A stretch of 62,139 nt of DNA, the filler included. It is 4 parts of 4 records of this genome, joined end to end, with 100 filler letters (N's around TTAATTAATTAA, not from the genome) between each part and the next. Parts side by side here need not be neighbours in the genome. Positions count along the whole stretch, not along the records: positions 1 to 24,982 come from SRR31156797_13515; 3 more parts are not named here. One strand, written 5' to 3'. The notes below the pieces were generated by a model, which saw nothing but the letters and a program-made list of their open reading frames with translations, was not told the origin of the DNA and searched no databases. Positions 1-8,862 of this stretch are shown in pieces (positions within the stretch are counted from its first letter, which is position 1; each line of letters opens with the position of its first letter). The translations under genes and the position numbers were made by a program.

Positions 1-61
1 AAAATTTAGTTTTTAGTGGATTGAGCTAGATCATATCAAAAGAGTTTAAAAATCCAATCCT

Positions 62-95
62 CTGTGACGCTGCTGTGACAACTTTTTGTTATACT
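62..95 (+). promoter_or_regulatory. CTGTGAC direct repeat (11-bp period) followed by extended -10 (TGTTATACT)
   Basis: CTGTGAC at 62-68 and 73-79; TG-T-TATACT at 87-95; AAGGA SD at 111-115 before ATG 122. Confidence 0.5.
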
Positions 96-121
96 TTTTT
101 ATATCAATTAAAGGATCTATT

Positions 122-907
122 ATGGAAGTAAGAAGTGATTATTTAGAGCACATTAATATCACAAAAGATATGTTTACTGATAAAAATGGGGAGCTTCAAA
201 ATACTACAGAAGAGTTTGAAGCGATCTATGCAAAGCTACAAGAAGAGAATGTAGACCTTTCTAATGCCAAAGAGTTTATGTCAGGTCTAAGTAAAGAGGA
301 ACTTCAAGCTATCAAAGAGTATCAACACTTTGCAGATGATATAGATGTAGAAGCTCTCAGTGATGAGGGAGCGTATAATGCTCTTGTCCATAGATATGAA
401 AAATATGATTTTGACAATGATGGTTATGCTATGGTAGGGGAAGCTAGAAGTGGAAGTATTCTTCCTCAAAATATGGAAGCTGATGCAAAACAAGCTTTAG
501 CCCAAGCATATAAAACAGCTTCACCTAACGAGCGATCCTCTTTACTTTTTATGATGGCTGGACTTGATCAAAATAAGATCTTCCAATCAATTGCAGAGGG
601 GCTTCAATATAAAACACCAGAACAGCTGGCTAAATTTGAAGAATCTTTTGGGATGAGTGCGGATCAATTTCGTGCAAAGTATTTAAACTATACTCCACAA
701 ACTATCACCTATGAAGATGTAAAAAGCCATATCGAAAGTATTTTAAAACACAATACAGATAGTGCATCAAGTGCTTTTAGAAATGCGGTTGAAAATTTTG
801 CAAGAAGATTTGATTCAGAATATGAAAAAACGCAAGAGATCTCTAAAAATAGTGCTTCAACTGAAGAGATGCTCACTAGTATTTCAGAATATAAACAAGC
901 TAGTTGA
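122..907 (+). CDS. hypothetical acidic protein with a DxDxDG loop
   Basis: ORF 86..907; ATG 122 with SD AAGGA preferred; motif LSDEGAYNAL...YDFDNDG. Confidence 0.7.
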   Translation: MEVRSDYLEHINITKDMFTDKNGELQNTTEEFEAIYAKLQEENVDLSNAKEFMSGLSKEELQAIKEYQHFADDIDVEALSDEGAYNALVHRYEKYDFDNDGYAMVGEARSGSILPQNMEADAKQALAQAYKTASPNERSSLLFMMAGLDQNKIFQSIAEGLQYKTPEQLAKFEESFGMSADQFRAKYLNYTPQTITYEDVKSHIESILKHNTDSASSAFRNAVENFARRFDSEYEKTQEISKNSASTEEMLTSISEYKQAS

Positions 908-975
908 GACCATTCAGAATTTTTGTGTCAATAACTAATTAATTGAATAGAATTAGCATAATAATCTTTAACATA

Positions 976-1431
976 TTACACTTGCTTACGTTCATCTCGT
1001 GTTAGTTTTTGATAAAGACCAAGACCGATTACTACAAAAACAGCGGCAATCAATAAAAAAGTAGGATAAATTAAAGTAGTAATATCTTTTTTTCCTGCAT
1101 CAAAAATAAATACCAATGATTCTAAACTTATAGCAATAGCAATTATTAGAAAAAACTTTATTAAAGTTGCCCTCTGCTTTTCTGGTGATTTTGTACCATC
1201 GCTGTGAAATACCTCTTCTTCTAATAAAAATTTCGAGACATCAAATACTGCCATCCCTATAACAATCAAACCGATTGCATCAAGAAGTGCTTTTATAAAT
1301 AACGTTTTTTCATGCACCGATATCCAAATGCCCCATATGGCAGCCATCATCATCGTAAGACTTATAATTCCTAAGCTTAAACTGATTATTCCATATACTG
1401 ATTTTCCAAGCCAATGAGAGATACATTTCAT
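976..1431 (-). CDS. 4-TM membrane protein (PsiE-like fold suspected)
   Basis: Four hydrophobic segments; motif AVFDVSKFLLEEEV; ATG 1431 with AAGGT SD preferred over 1500. Confidence 0.65.
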   Translation of the reverse strand: MKCISHWLGKSVYGIISLSLGIISLTMMMAAIWGIWISVHEKTLFIKALLDAIGLIVIGMAVFDVSKFLLEEEVFHSDGTKSPEKQRATLIKFFLIIAIAISLESLVFIFDAGKKDITTLIYPTFLLIAAVFVVIGLGLYQKLTRDERKQV

Positions 1432-1596
1432 TATTACTACCTTTTTAAAATTTGTTGTATGATCTATTTGCTTTGTTACAAATAGCGTTACAAGATACAT
1501 GATTTAAATTATTTATTTGTATTAATTCAATCATTTTTTCATGAATCAATTCTCTTGCAAACTAATATATCGGGGTAAGTTTTTAAGTATTTAACT

Positions 1597-2706
1597 TCAA
1601 CTGCTTAATTTATAAGATACTCTATTTTTCCCATTATGTTTTGATTGGTACAATAACTTATCAGTTCTTTGATATAGTGTATCTTCATCATCACCTTTTT
1701 CAACTTCACAGACCCCTAAACTTACAGTAATTACTTTATCTTTTATAGAGTTTAGATTCAGTTTTATATCGCTTCTAACTTTCTCTGCAACATTTATAGC
1801 CGCTTTGAGTGATGTATTTGGACATAAAATCACAAACTCTTCACCACCTACTCTAAATAAGTTATCGACATTTTTTCTTAGATTAAAGTTTACTATTTCT
1901 GCTAAATCTTGAAGCACTATATCGCCAACTCTATGTCCATAAGTATCATTAACATCTTTAAAGTTATCAATATCAAACATAATCACACTAAAAGGTATTT
2001 CATATCTTTGAAAAAATGACAATTGTTTTAATATCTCTTTTTTATATCCCTTGACATTTTGTATTTTAGTTAATTCATCATATAGTGCTTCTTGAGATTT
2101 TATTTTTGTTTCATTATTAATATAAATTACCAATATGATGCCAACTAAGGTTAAAAGAAAAATAGTTATATATAAAATTATATTTAAATAATAAATGTAT
2201 TGGTACAATTTATTAGATTGACGATCCATTAATACTTCAATTTTTTCATATTCTTCAAGAAGATAAAAAAACTCACTATCAATATTTCTATAACTTTGCA
2301 TCTCTATAGTTTTTTTATTTTTCAATATACTCAATATTTTGCTGATACTTTTTTGAATCTTATCAAATTGTTTTATTAATTGCCTATCATTATAAATATT
2401 ACGAAATATTTTTTCATTTATCATCCCACCATTGATTAGAATAGTATTTTCTTTTAATACCAGCCCTAAATTATTTACGCTGTTATTAAAATCTTTTGTA
2501 TGACCATCCATATATTTTGACAAAAACAACTGTGATGAAATTGTCAAATATTTCATATTTGATATTGAAAAAATTATATTTTTTTGAAATTCCCAGTATT
2601 TACTAGAATAGTTATATTGTAAAATAAATAAAATAACCACTATTATATTTAACAATAATAGCACACTATAAAACTTTTGTTTATTTATCAAAAAACTATT
2701 TGCCAT
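1597..2706 (-). CDS. membrane-anchored diguanylate cyclase
   Basis: Two TM segments; DIDNFKDVNDTYGHRVGD and RVGGEEF motifs. Confidence 0.9.
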   Translation of the reverse strand: MANSFLINKQKFYSVLLLLNIIVVILFILQYNYSSKYWEFQKNIIFSISNMKYLTISSQLFLSKYMDGHTKDFNNSVNNLGLVLKENTILINGGMINEKIFRNIYNDRQLIKQFDKIQKSISKILSILKNKKTIEMQSYRNIDSEFFYLLEEYEKIEVLMDRQSNKLYQYIYYLNIILYITIFLLTLVGIILVIYINNETKIKSQEALYDELTKIQNVKGYKKEILKQLSFFQRYEIPFSVIMFDIDNFKDVNDTYGHRVGDIVLQDLAEIVNFNLRKNVDNLFRVGGEEFVILCPNTSLKAAINVAEKVRSDIKLNLNSIKDKVITVSLGVCEVEKGDDEDTLYQRTDKLLYQSKHNGKNRVSYKLSS

Positions 2707-2744
2707 TTTACTAATCTATCTGATATCATATAACTCTTTACAAT

Positions 2745-2891
2745 TTAACTATTATTCACAATTAAAAATTTAATGGCATCTTTTGCACAAAGACCTGATT
2801 TTGAACATGCATCAGTAAACTCTTCCCCTTTTGTTAAAAGTCTAATTAAAACTGCTTGTTTTATTGCTATATTAATTTTTGTTATTGACAT
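2745..2891 (-). CDS. 48-aa small protein, possible helix-turn-helix (not in ORF track)
   Basis: MSITKINIAIKQAVLIRLLTKGEEFTDACSKSGLCAKDAIKFLIVNNS*; TAAGGA SD directly after the methyltransferase stop. Confidence 0.6.
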   Translation of the reverse strand: MSITKINIAIKQAVLIRLLTKGEEFTDACSKSGLCAKDAIKFLIVNNS

Positions 2892-2902
2892 ATTTTTCCT
2901 TA

Positions 2903-3553
2903 TTATCTATTATATTGAAAGATTGCACCTTTGTAAGGATCATCTAAATAATCTGTATTTTTTGGTTTAAACGATTTACATTCAAACCCGTAGTTTTCCA
3001 TCTTCTTTGTAAAACGTGAGCGATTACCACGTCCTGGATCAACGATAAAGACTTCACATGTAGTATTTGCATGATTATTGATAAAGTTTGCTAAGAGTTC
3101 AGCATGATTACTTTCATAAAGTATATCACTTCCTATGATCAAGTCATAACATTGTAATTTATTCTCTTGATCTTCCCAACTTGTTCTCACGAAGGGAATT
3201 TTTGTATCATGGTTAAGTTTTGTATTTTCTAAAAGATATTTTTCTACTTCAGGATGGTAGTCAGTTGCAGTGATATCAGCTTGGAGATGGTTTAGAATTA
3301 AGCTACTTAATCCTATACCACATCCAATCTCTAATATTTTTTTATTTTCAGTATTATAGTTATAGATAAAATGTGCAAGTACTTCACTTGAAGGCCATAT
3401 GACCCCAAATAAAGACCAAGTTGCACTTGATATCCCTAAATTCTTAGCGATATCATTATCATCTGAAAATTGCTGTTTATCCCTTAGTGTTCGAAGATGT
3501 ATATCGGTTGTTCCAAACTCTTTTGTTTGGTATTTATATCGAACCTTGGGCAA
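2903..3553 (-). CDS. class I SAM-dependent methyltransferase, Methyltransf_16 (METTL21/lysine MTase-like) family
   Basis: G-x-x-W-P-S-S, ILEIGCGIGL, TATDY and DLIIGSDILYE motifs; TTG start. Confidence 0.85.
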   Translation of the reverse strand: MPKVRYKYQTKEFGTTDIHLRTLRDKQQFSDDNDIAKNLGISSATWSLFGVIWPSSEVLAHFIYNYNTENKKILEIGCGIGLSSLILNHLQADITATDYHPEVEKYLLENTKLNHDTKIPFVRTSWEDQENKLQCYDLIIGSDILYESNHAELLANFINNHANTTCEVFIVDPGRGNRSRFTKKMENYGFECKSFKPKNTDYLDDPYKGAIFQYNR

Positions 3554-3558
3554 AACAA

Positions 3559-3777
3559 TTATAGAGTTTCCACGCTCGTAGCATATTCACCTTTATCATT
3601 TGTACCTATTCCAAAAGATACTTTTTGACCATCTTCTAATGATGCTCTTCCGTACGTATCATTTTTAATCTCACTGTAGTGTACAAATAAGTCTTTACTA
3701 TTATCTTCTAATTGGACAAATCCAAAACCTTTATCGCTATTGAACCATTTTACAGTTCCGTTATATCTATTTGACAT
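3559..3777 (-). CDS. cold-shock protein (CspA family)
   Basis: GTVKWFN, KGFGFV (RNP1), LFVHYS (RNP2); 72 aa. Confidence 0.95.
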   Translation of the reverse strand: MSNRYNGTVKWFNSDKGFGFVQLEDNSKDLFVHYSEIKNDTYGRASLEDGQKVSFGIGTNDKGEYATSVETL

Positions 3778-3926
3778 AGAGTTTCCTTGTGTTAATTTTC
3801 TTCATAATTGAAGTATGTTTAAAGTTTAAATTGGTGTTCTTTTGATTTTGAAAGTTATGTATTAATTTTGTAGTGTTAATAAAAAAGCAAACAAAGAAAA
3901 GGTTCTAATTTTCTTTAAGTGGATTC

Positions 3927-3955
3927 ATTGTATCTGAATAAAAGTATAAAAGCAA
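3927..3955 (-). promoter_or_regulatory. sigma70 promoter of the csp at 3559-3777
   Basis: Minus strand TTGCTT (3955-3950), 17 nt spacer, TACAAT (3932-3927). Confidence 0.6.
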
Positions 3956-3996
3956 GCTTTTTAGAATAAAGTGTGAAAATTTCATGAAAAAGAAAA

Positions 3997-4022
3997 TAAA
4001 ATAAGTAAATTTACCTATTTTA
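3997..4022 (-). terminator. probable intrinsic terminator after csp 4046-4264
   Basis: Minus strand hairpin TAAAATAGGTA-AATT-TACTTATTTTA followed by a U-rich tract. Confidence 0.5.
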
Positions 4023-4045
4023 CTTCTTCATGTTATAACGTAAGA

Positions 4046-4264
4046 TTAAATCTGAGTAACGTTTTTAGCAACTTCACCTTTTGGTCCCTCACCGATCTCA
4101 AAGCTTACTTTTTGACCATCTTCAAGAGTTACTCTTTCTCTACCTTCTCTTTTTACTTCACTAAAATGAACAAAGATATCTTTACTTCCGTTATCAAATT
4201 GGATAAATCCAAAACCTTTCTCACTATTGAACCATTTTACAGTTCCCGTATATTGCTCAGCCAT
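4046..4264 (-). CDS. cold-shock protein (CspA family)
   Basis: [34 protein letters not shown] 4264 with AAGGA SD gives 72 aa. Confidence 0.95.
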   Translation of the reverse strand: MAEQYTGTVKWFNSEKGFGFIQFDNGSKDIFVHFSEVKREGRERVTLEDGQKVSFEIGEGPKGEVAKNVTQI

Positions 4265-4422
4265 AAGCTTTTCCTTTTCTATTTTCTTCAAATTGAAGTG
4301 TTGTTGTTTAAAGTTTAAAATGGAGTTTTATGTATTTAAGGTTTGTACTTTATCTATAAATATATTTATTAATAAAGTAAACCAAAGATGTTATGAAACT
4401 CTAAATCATCCTTAAGTATGAT

Positions 4423-4431
4423 ATTGTAGCA
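4423..4431 (-). promoter_or_regulatory. extended -10 promoter of csp 4046-4264
   Basis: Minus strand TG-C-TACAAT. Confidence 0.55.
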
Positions 4432-4438
4432 AAAAAAA

Positions 4439-7087
4439 TTAAAAGCTATGATTTAATGGCAACTCAATATAGAATTTTGCCCCATTTTCGCTATTTTTTA
4501 CATAAAGTTTTCCATGAAGACTCTCTGTGATGATCTTATAACTCATATGTAGACCTAGTCCAGTTCCTTGAGATTGATGCTTTGTAGTAAAATATGGCTC
4601 AAATATATGAGGTAATATATTATTTGGAATTCCTCCAGCATTATCTTCAATAGTTACTTGTATACAATTTGTTTTAACTTCTAAAACAAGTTTTACCCAT
4701 GGTGCTTCAATTTTATTTTCCACTAAAGCATCTTTTGCATTATTTAAAATATTGATTATCACTTGTGAAAGTTCACCCACTACAATCTTTATCTTTATAG
4801 GTTTTGAATAATCTATATTATTGATAATCTCTATATAGTTGTTTTTTAGAGAACTTTCTACAATATTTAAAGCTTTATCGATTCGATCTTGTAAAATAAC
4901 CTCTTTATACTCTTTATCCTCTTTGATAAAATCTTGAAAAGTATCAATGGTACTTGATAAGTATTGTACATTTTCATTAATATTATCTAATGTTTTATAA
5001 AGTTTCTCATCGGTAAGCTCATTAAACTCTTTTTGAAACTTTATCCCTGTAGCAGCTGTTGAGATCACGGAGAGTGGTTGTCTCCATTGATGAGCAATAT
5101 TAGCGATCATATTTCCCATAGCTGCTAATTTTGATTGTTCTATTAATAAACCTGCTTGGAGTTTAAGCTCTGTAATATCTTTATCAGTCCCTCTATACCC
5201 AATCATTTTTTTATCTATATTATATATTGGAACCCCATTAGTGAGTAAACACGCTCTCTCCCCTTGTTTTGTAATATTCCAATTTTCCAAATCTTTTATA
5301 AATCCTTCTTGCGCAATAATACTTCTAAAAGAATCGGATACCCTTTGAACCTCATTTTCATCCATAAAATCAAATGGTGTTTTTCCTATGAGTTCTTCTG
5401 GTGTATAGCCAAGTATTTTCTCACTCCCCTTACTTACATACGTATATTTACCATCTTTATCAATTTCCCATAAAAAGTCTGTCGTTGAATCTATGAAGTC
5501 TAAGAGCTGATTTGTTTTATTACTTAGCTCCTCTTCAATTTGTTTTTGTTGTGTAAGGTCTACAAATGTAGCTAAGATTCCATTATTAAATAAGATACTA
5601 TTAATAATTACATGATGAATTTTTCCATCAATATCAGTGATATTAGTCTCTAAAGGAGGTACAATATTATTTTTAGAATCCATGGTTTTTTCAATTAGCT
5701 CTTCCCACTTTGAAACTATATGGTTTCTATATTCTTGATTTGGATATGCTTTTTCATACCAAGCTTTTAGATCTGGTGCTACGTTTTTATCATATCCAAA
5801 GTTATTTATAAAACTAGAGTTTCTTTTAGTAATATTACCACTTAACTCGGCAAAAGCCAAAGGTATCTGAGAGTATTCAAATAACTGTTCAAATTCACTT
5901 TTTTGTTCTTTAAGTTTTAAGTGAACTGCTTCCACTGATCGTTTATAATTAAAAAATACTTTCTGTACTGCTTTAAAAACTAAAAAAGATAAAACTATAA
6001 AAATTCCTGCAAGAATAGCATTAAAAATAATTATTTTTTTAATTTCATCTCTATTTTCATTATAAAGCTCTTGAGTTCTTTGCTCTATTAAAGTATTGAT
6101 CTCATCTATATATACTCCTGTACCAAAAGCCCATTGCCATTCATCAAAACCTCGTACATAAGATATCTTTTTTGCTGGTTGATTGCTTGTAGGTTTTACT
6201 GAGGCAATATATTCAATAAAAGCTCCACCTTGCTTTGCAGCATTTATAATCCCTTGAACTTTTTTATAGCCATTTTTATCTTCCACATCAAACCTATTAG
6301 TACCTAAATACTCTTTTTTAATATGACTTAGGGTCATCCCATCATACTGATACATAAAAATATATCCATTTTTAGCATATCTTATCGCATTTATCCTCTC
6401 TATCAATTGTTGTTTCAGATCCTCTTCAAAATCTTTTACATACTCCCCTGTACCAATAAAGAGATCAAAAGGCTCAAAATATTTACCAAAGCCTATCTTT
6501 TTATATTGTGTTTGTGTATCATTTGGTTTATACCAATACCATGAATAAAATCCCTCAGCACTCTTTTTAACTACCTGAGACATTCCTCTTATGGTGTAAA
6601 TACCCTTTGCATCTTTAAAATCCCATAAGCTTTTCCCCTCCAGCTCAGGAGATGTTGGAAGAAGAAGAACTTTTCCATTCATCTCATACATAAAAAAATA
6701 CCCTCTTCCATTATTAAACCGAATATCTCTTAATGCATCTTTCATCATCTTGATAATTGTAGATTGTGATTTCTCTTTATTTTCATTATATATTCTTGAG
6801 ATAATTGCATGGGCTTCATATACTCTTTGTTGAATAGATTGTTTTAGGTTTTTTTCTGTAATACTTTTTTTATACATGATTAAATTATAGATATCATCTA
6901 TTTCATCTTTTGCTCTTTGTTGTGCTTTTTGAAGAAGCTCTTTGTGCAATGTCTTAACTGTAAGTTGATACTCTTTTTCATTTTGACTAATTGCAAGATA
7001 AGTATTGATAAAGGTAAAAGATAAAATGATCACTAAGGGAACGATCTTTATTAAAAATAAAAGTTTATTTTCGTTTTTTCTATGCAT
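4439..7087 (-). CDS. sensor histidine kinase with Cache and PAS domains
   Basis: TM, two Cache_2-like units (GYFFMY/GYIFMY), TM, PAS-PAS, H-box AHQWRQPL, NILNNAKDA, DNAGGI, GTGLGL. Confidence 0.92.
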   Translation of the reverse strand: MHRKNENKLLFLIKIVPLVIILSFTFINTYLAISQNEKEYQLTVKTLHKELLQKAQQRAKDEIDDIYNLIMYKKSITEKNLKQSIQQRVYEAHAIISRIYNENKEKSQSTIIKMMKDALRDIRFNNGRGYFFMYEMNGKVLLLPTSPELEGKSLWDFKDAKGIYTIRGMSQVVKKSAEGFYSWYWYKPNDTQTQYKKIGFGKYFEPFDLFIGTGEYVKDFEEDLKQQLIERINAIRYAKNGYIFMYQYDGMTLSHIKKEYLGTNRFDVEDKNGYKKVQGIINAAKQGGAFIEYIASVKPTSNQPAKKISYVRGFDEWQWAFGTGVYIDEINTLIEQRTQELYNENRDEIKKIIIFNAILAGIFIVLSFLVFKAVQKVFFNYKRSVEAVHLKLKEQKSEFEQLFEYSQIPLAFAELSGNITKRNSSFINNFGYDKNVAPDLKAWYEKAYPNQEYRNHIVSKWEELIEKTMDSKNNIVPPLETNITDIDGKIHHVIINSILFNNGILATFVDLTQQKQIEEELSNKTNQLLDFIDSTTDFLWEIDKDGKYTYVSKGSEKILGYTPEELIGKTPFDFMDENEVQRVSDSFRSIIAQEGFIKDLENWNITKQGERACLLTNGVPIYNIDKKMIGYRGTDKDITELKLQAGLLIEQSKLAAMGNMIANIAHQWRQPLSVISTAATGIKFQKEFNELTDEKLYKTLDNINENVQYLSSTIDTFQDFIKEDKEYKEVILQDRIDKALNIVESSLKNNYIEIINNIDYSKPIKIKIVVGELSQVIINILNNAKDALVENKIEAPWVKLVLEVKTNCIQVTIEDNAGGIPNNILPHIFEPYFTTKHQSQGTGLGLHMSYKIITESLHGKLYVKNSENGAKFYIELPLNHSF

Positions 7088-7550
7088 CTAAATTTTCTTT
7101 ATTTGTATATTGAGCCAGTTCTAATATCACACCATCAGGTGCTTTTAAATAACAAAGTATTTTTCCAGTGGGTACTACTTCAAGAGGTACTATAACAGGT
7201 TTGGAGATAAATTCCACACCATACTCTTGTGCTTTTTGGTATATAGAATATATATCTTCAACCTCTAAAGCAATATGGCGAATCCCTTGTGTATTTAATT
7301 GATGTTCTAAAGGAGTATTTGATGAGAATGTTTTAGGGTTTATATATTCTAAAAGCTCTATTCTACAGTTTTTACTAGATGGCTCTAAAAATACACATTG
7401 TGCTTTAGGGGAGCTAAATCCTGTAAGCTCCTCCATCCAAAGTGCATCTAATTCCAATTGACAAGTTTTTTCAAAACCCAACACATCTATAAAAAACTTT
7501 TCAGAGTCTTGAATATCTTTAACAACTATATTTATATGGTCTATTCTCAT
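7080..7550 (-). CDS. VOC/glyoxalase family protein
   Basis: IDHINIVV, RIELLEY, GIRHIALEVED, PDGVILELAQ metal-ligand pattern. Confidence 0.88.
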   Translation of the reverse strand: MRIDHINIVVKDIQDSEKFFIDVLGFEKTCQLELDALWMEELTGFSSPKAQCVFLEPSSKNCRIELLEYINPKTFSSNTPLEHQLNTQGIRHIALEVEDIYSIYQKAQEYGVEFISKPVIVPLEVVPTGKILCYLKAPDGVILELAQYTNKENLDA

Positions 7551-7639
7551 AAGGAGATATTATAATAATTTCCCTTAAGTAAAATAGTATTATTTTGTTA
7601 TTTATATAACTTTTTTGAAAATTTATTAGACACTATCTA

Positions 7640-8809
7640 CTATTTTGTATATGAGAGCACTTTATCAACATACTCTTTTGTTCTCATTCCTACTAAAATT
7701 CTTGTAATATAATGTTTTTTCATAAGATACTCTATCGCTTCTTTATCCAAAGGCTCACTTAGGCCAAGCTTTTTAGCAGTGATCTTTCCTAAAGAGTGTT
7801 TGACATTGGTTTTATAACAGTTTAGAAACTGATCCATTAAAGGATAATGTTTTTCATCAAGTTTTAATACTTGAATAATATATGGGATCACTTGATAATC
7901 AATAGTATCATCCACATCACCAGCAAATCCAAATCGACTCTGATTTTCTAAAAGATCTTTTATAAGCTCTTGAAGCTTTGGATTTTCAATCTTTTGTACT
8001 GCTAGATAAAGCTCTTCAAACTCTTCACACGATTTATAATTTGCTAAGCGAAGCATTCCACCCATGTAAAATGCATTTAAAGGTCTATTGACATGCACTT
8101 CAAGCCCTTGCTCATGAAAATATTTTGCACAAGGAACTCCATCTTTTTCATACATATTAAGTGGTAACTGCACTATTTTAAAATGGTGATCATCTCCAGC
8201 TATCTCTTTTGCATAACCTAGAAGATTTTTATACTCTAAAAAGTGGTAATCATTTGCTTGTTTAGCAAAGGCATTAGAACTGATACCATATGATTTTATT
8301 TTTCCTTTTGTAACCATCTCTTCTAAAAACTTAAAAGCTTTTTTGATACGATCTTGCATAATTTGATGATGTTTTTCTATATCTTCATCAGTTGCACTCC
8401 CTTTAAGATTTGTCATAAGATAATACTCAGGATTGTGTAAAAGATAACTATCTACATACTCCAACTCCATTCTTTTTAAAGAGTTCTCTAACTGATCTTC
8501 TAAAAACATCGGTGAGATAGAGTGGAAACAGTTAGGATCATATTCCACAAGATCTTCAACCTCCCATCCATCAGTCACTCTTTGCATATTTGGACCTTGA
8601 ATATATCCACCTTTACTGACTACTATATACTCAGATCTATCTCTATTTTTTAAAGCCTGCCCTATTAAAACTTCTGCTTCTCCATACATATAATTTGATG
8701 AAGTGTCTATATATTTTATTCCTGAATCGAGTGCATAATTCAAAGCTTGGGCATGAACTGGGTTTTGAAAAGTGGTACGATATGTACCAAATGAAATTTT
8801 ATCTAACAT
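7640..8809 (-). CDS. aldo/keto reductase family protein
   Basis: FGTYR, IDTSSNY, VSKGG, YLLHNPE, YGISSN motifs. Confidence 0.88.
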   Translation of the reverse strand: MLDKISFGTYRTTFQNPVHAQALNYALDSGIKYIDTSSNYMYGEAEVLIGQALKNRDRSEYIVVSKGGYIQGPNMQRVTDGWEVEDLVEYDPNCFHSISPMFLEDQLENSLKRMELEYVDSYLLHNPEYYLMTNLKGSATDEDIEKHHQIMQDRIKKAFKFLEEMVTKGKIKSYGISSNAFAKQANDYHFLEYKNLLGYAKEIAGDDHHFKIVQLPLNMYEKDGVPCAKYFHEQGLEVHVNRPLNAFYMGGMLRLANYKSCEEFEELYLAVQKIENPKLQELIKDLLENQSRFGFAGDVDDTIDYQVIPYIIQVLKLDEKHYPLMDQFLNCYKTNVKHSLGKITAKKLGLSEPLDKEAIEYLMKKHYITRILVGMRTKEYVDKVLSYTK

Positions 8810-8842
8810 CTATATAACCTTTTAATCTTGATATGATTTACT

Positions 8843-8860
8843 ATTCAATAACTATACCAA
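8843..8860 (-). promoter_or_regulatory. sigma54-like promoter (GG-N10-GA variant)
   Basis: Minus strand TTGGTATAGTTATTGAAT upstream of the aldo/keto reductase. Confidence 0.4.
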
Positions 8861-8862
8861 GA

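Noticed and set aside
2773-2970. + strand 65-aa ORF
   Set aside because: Antisense to the methyltransferase end and to the better-supported 48-aa minus-strand ORF; no SD.
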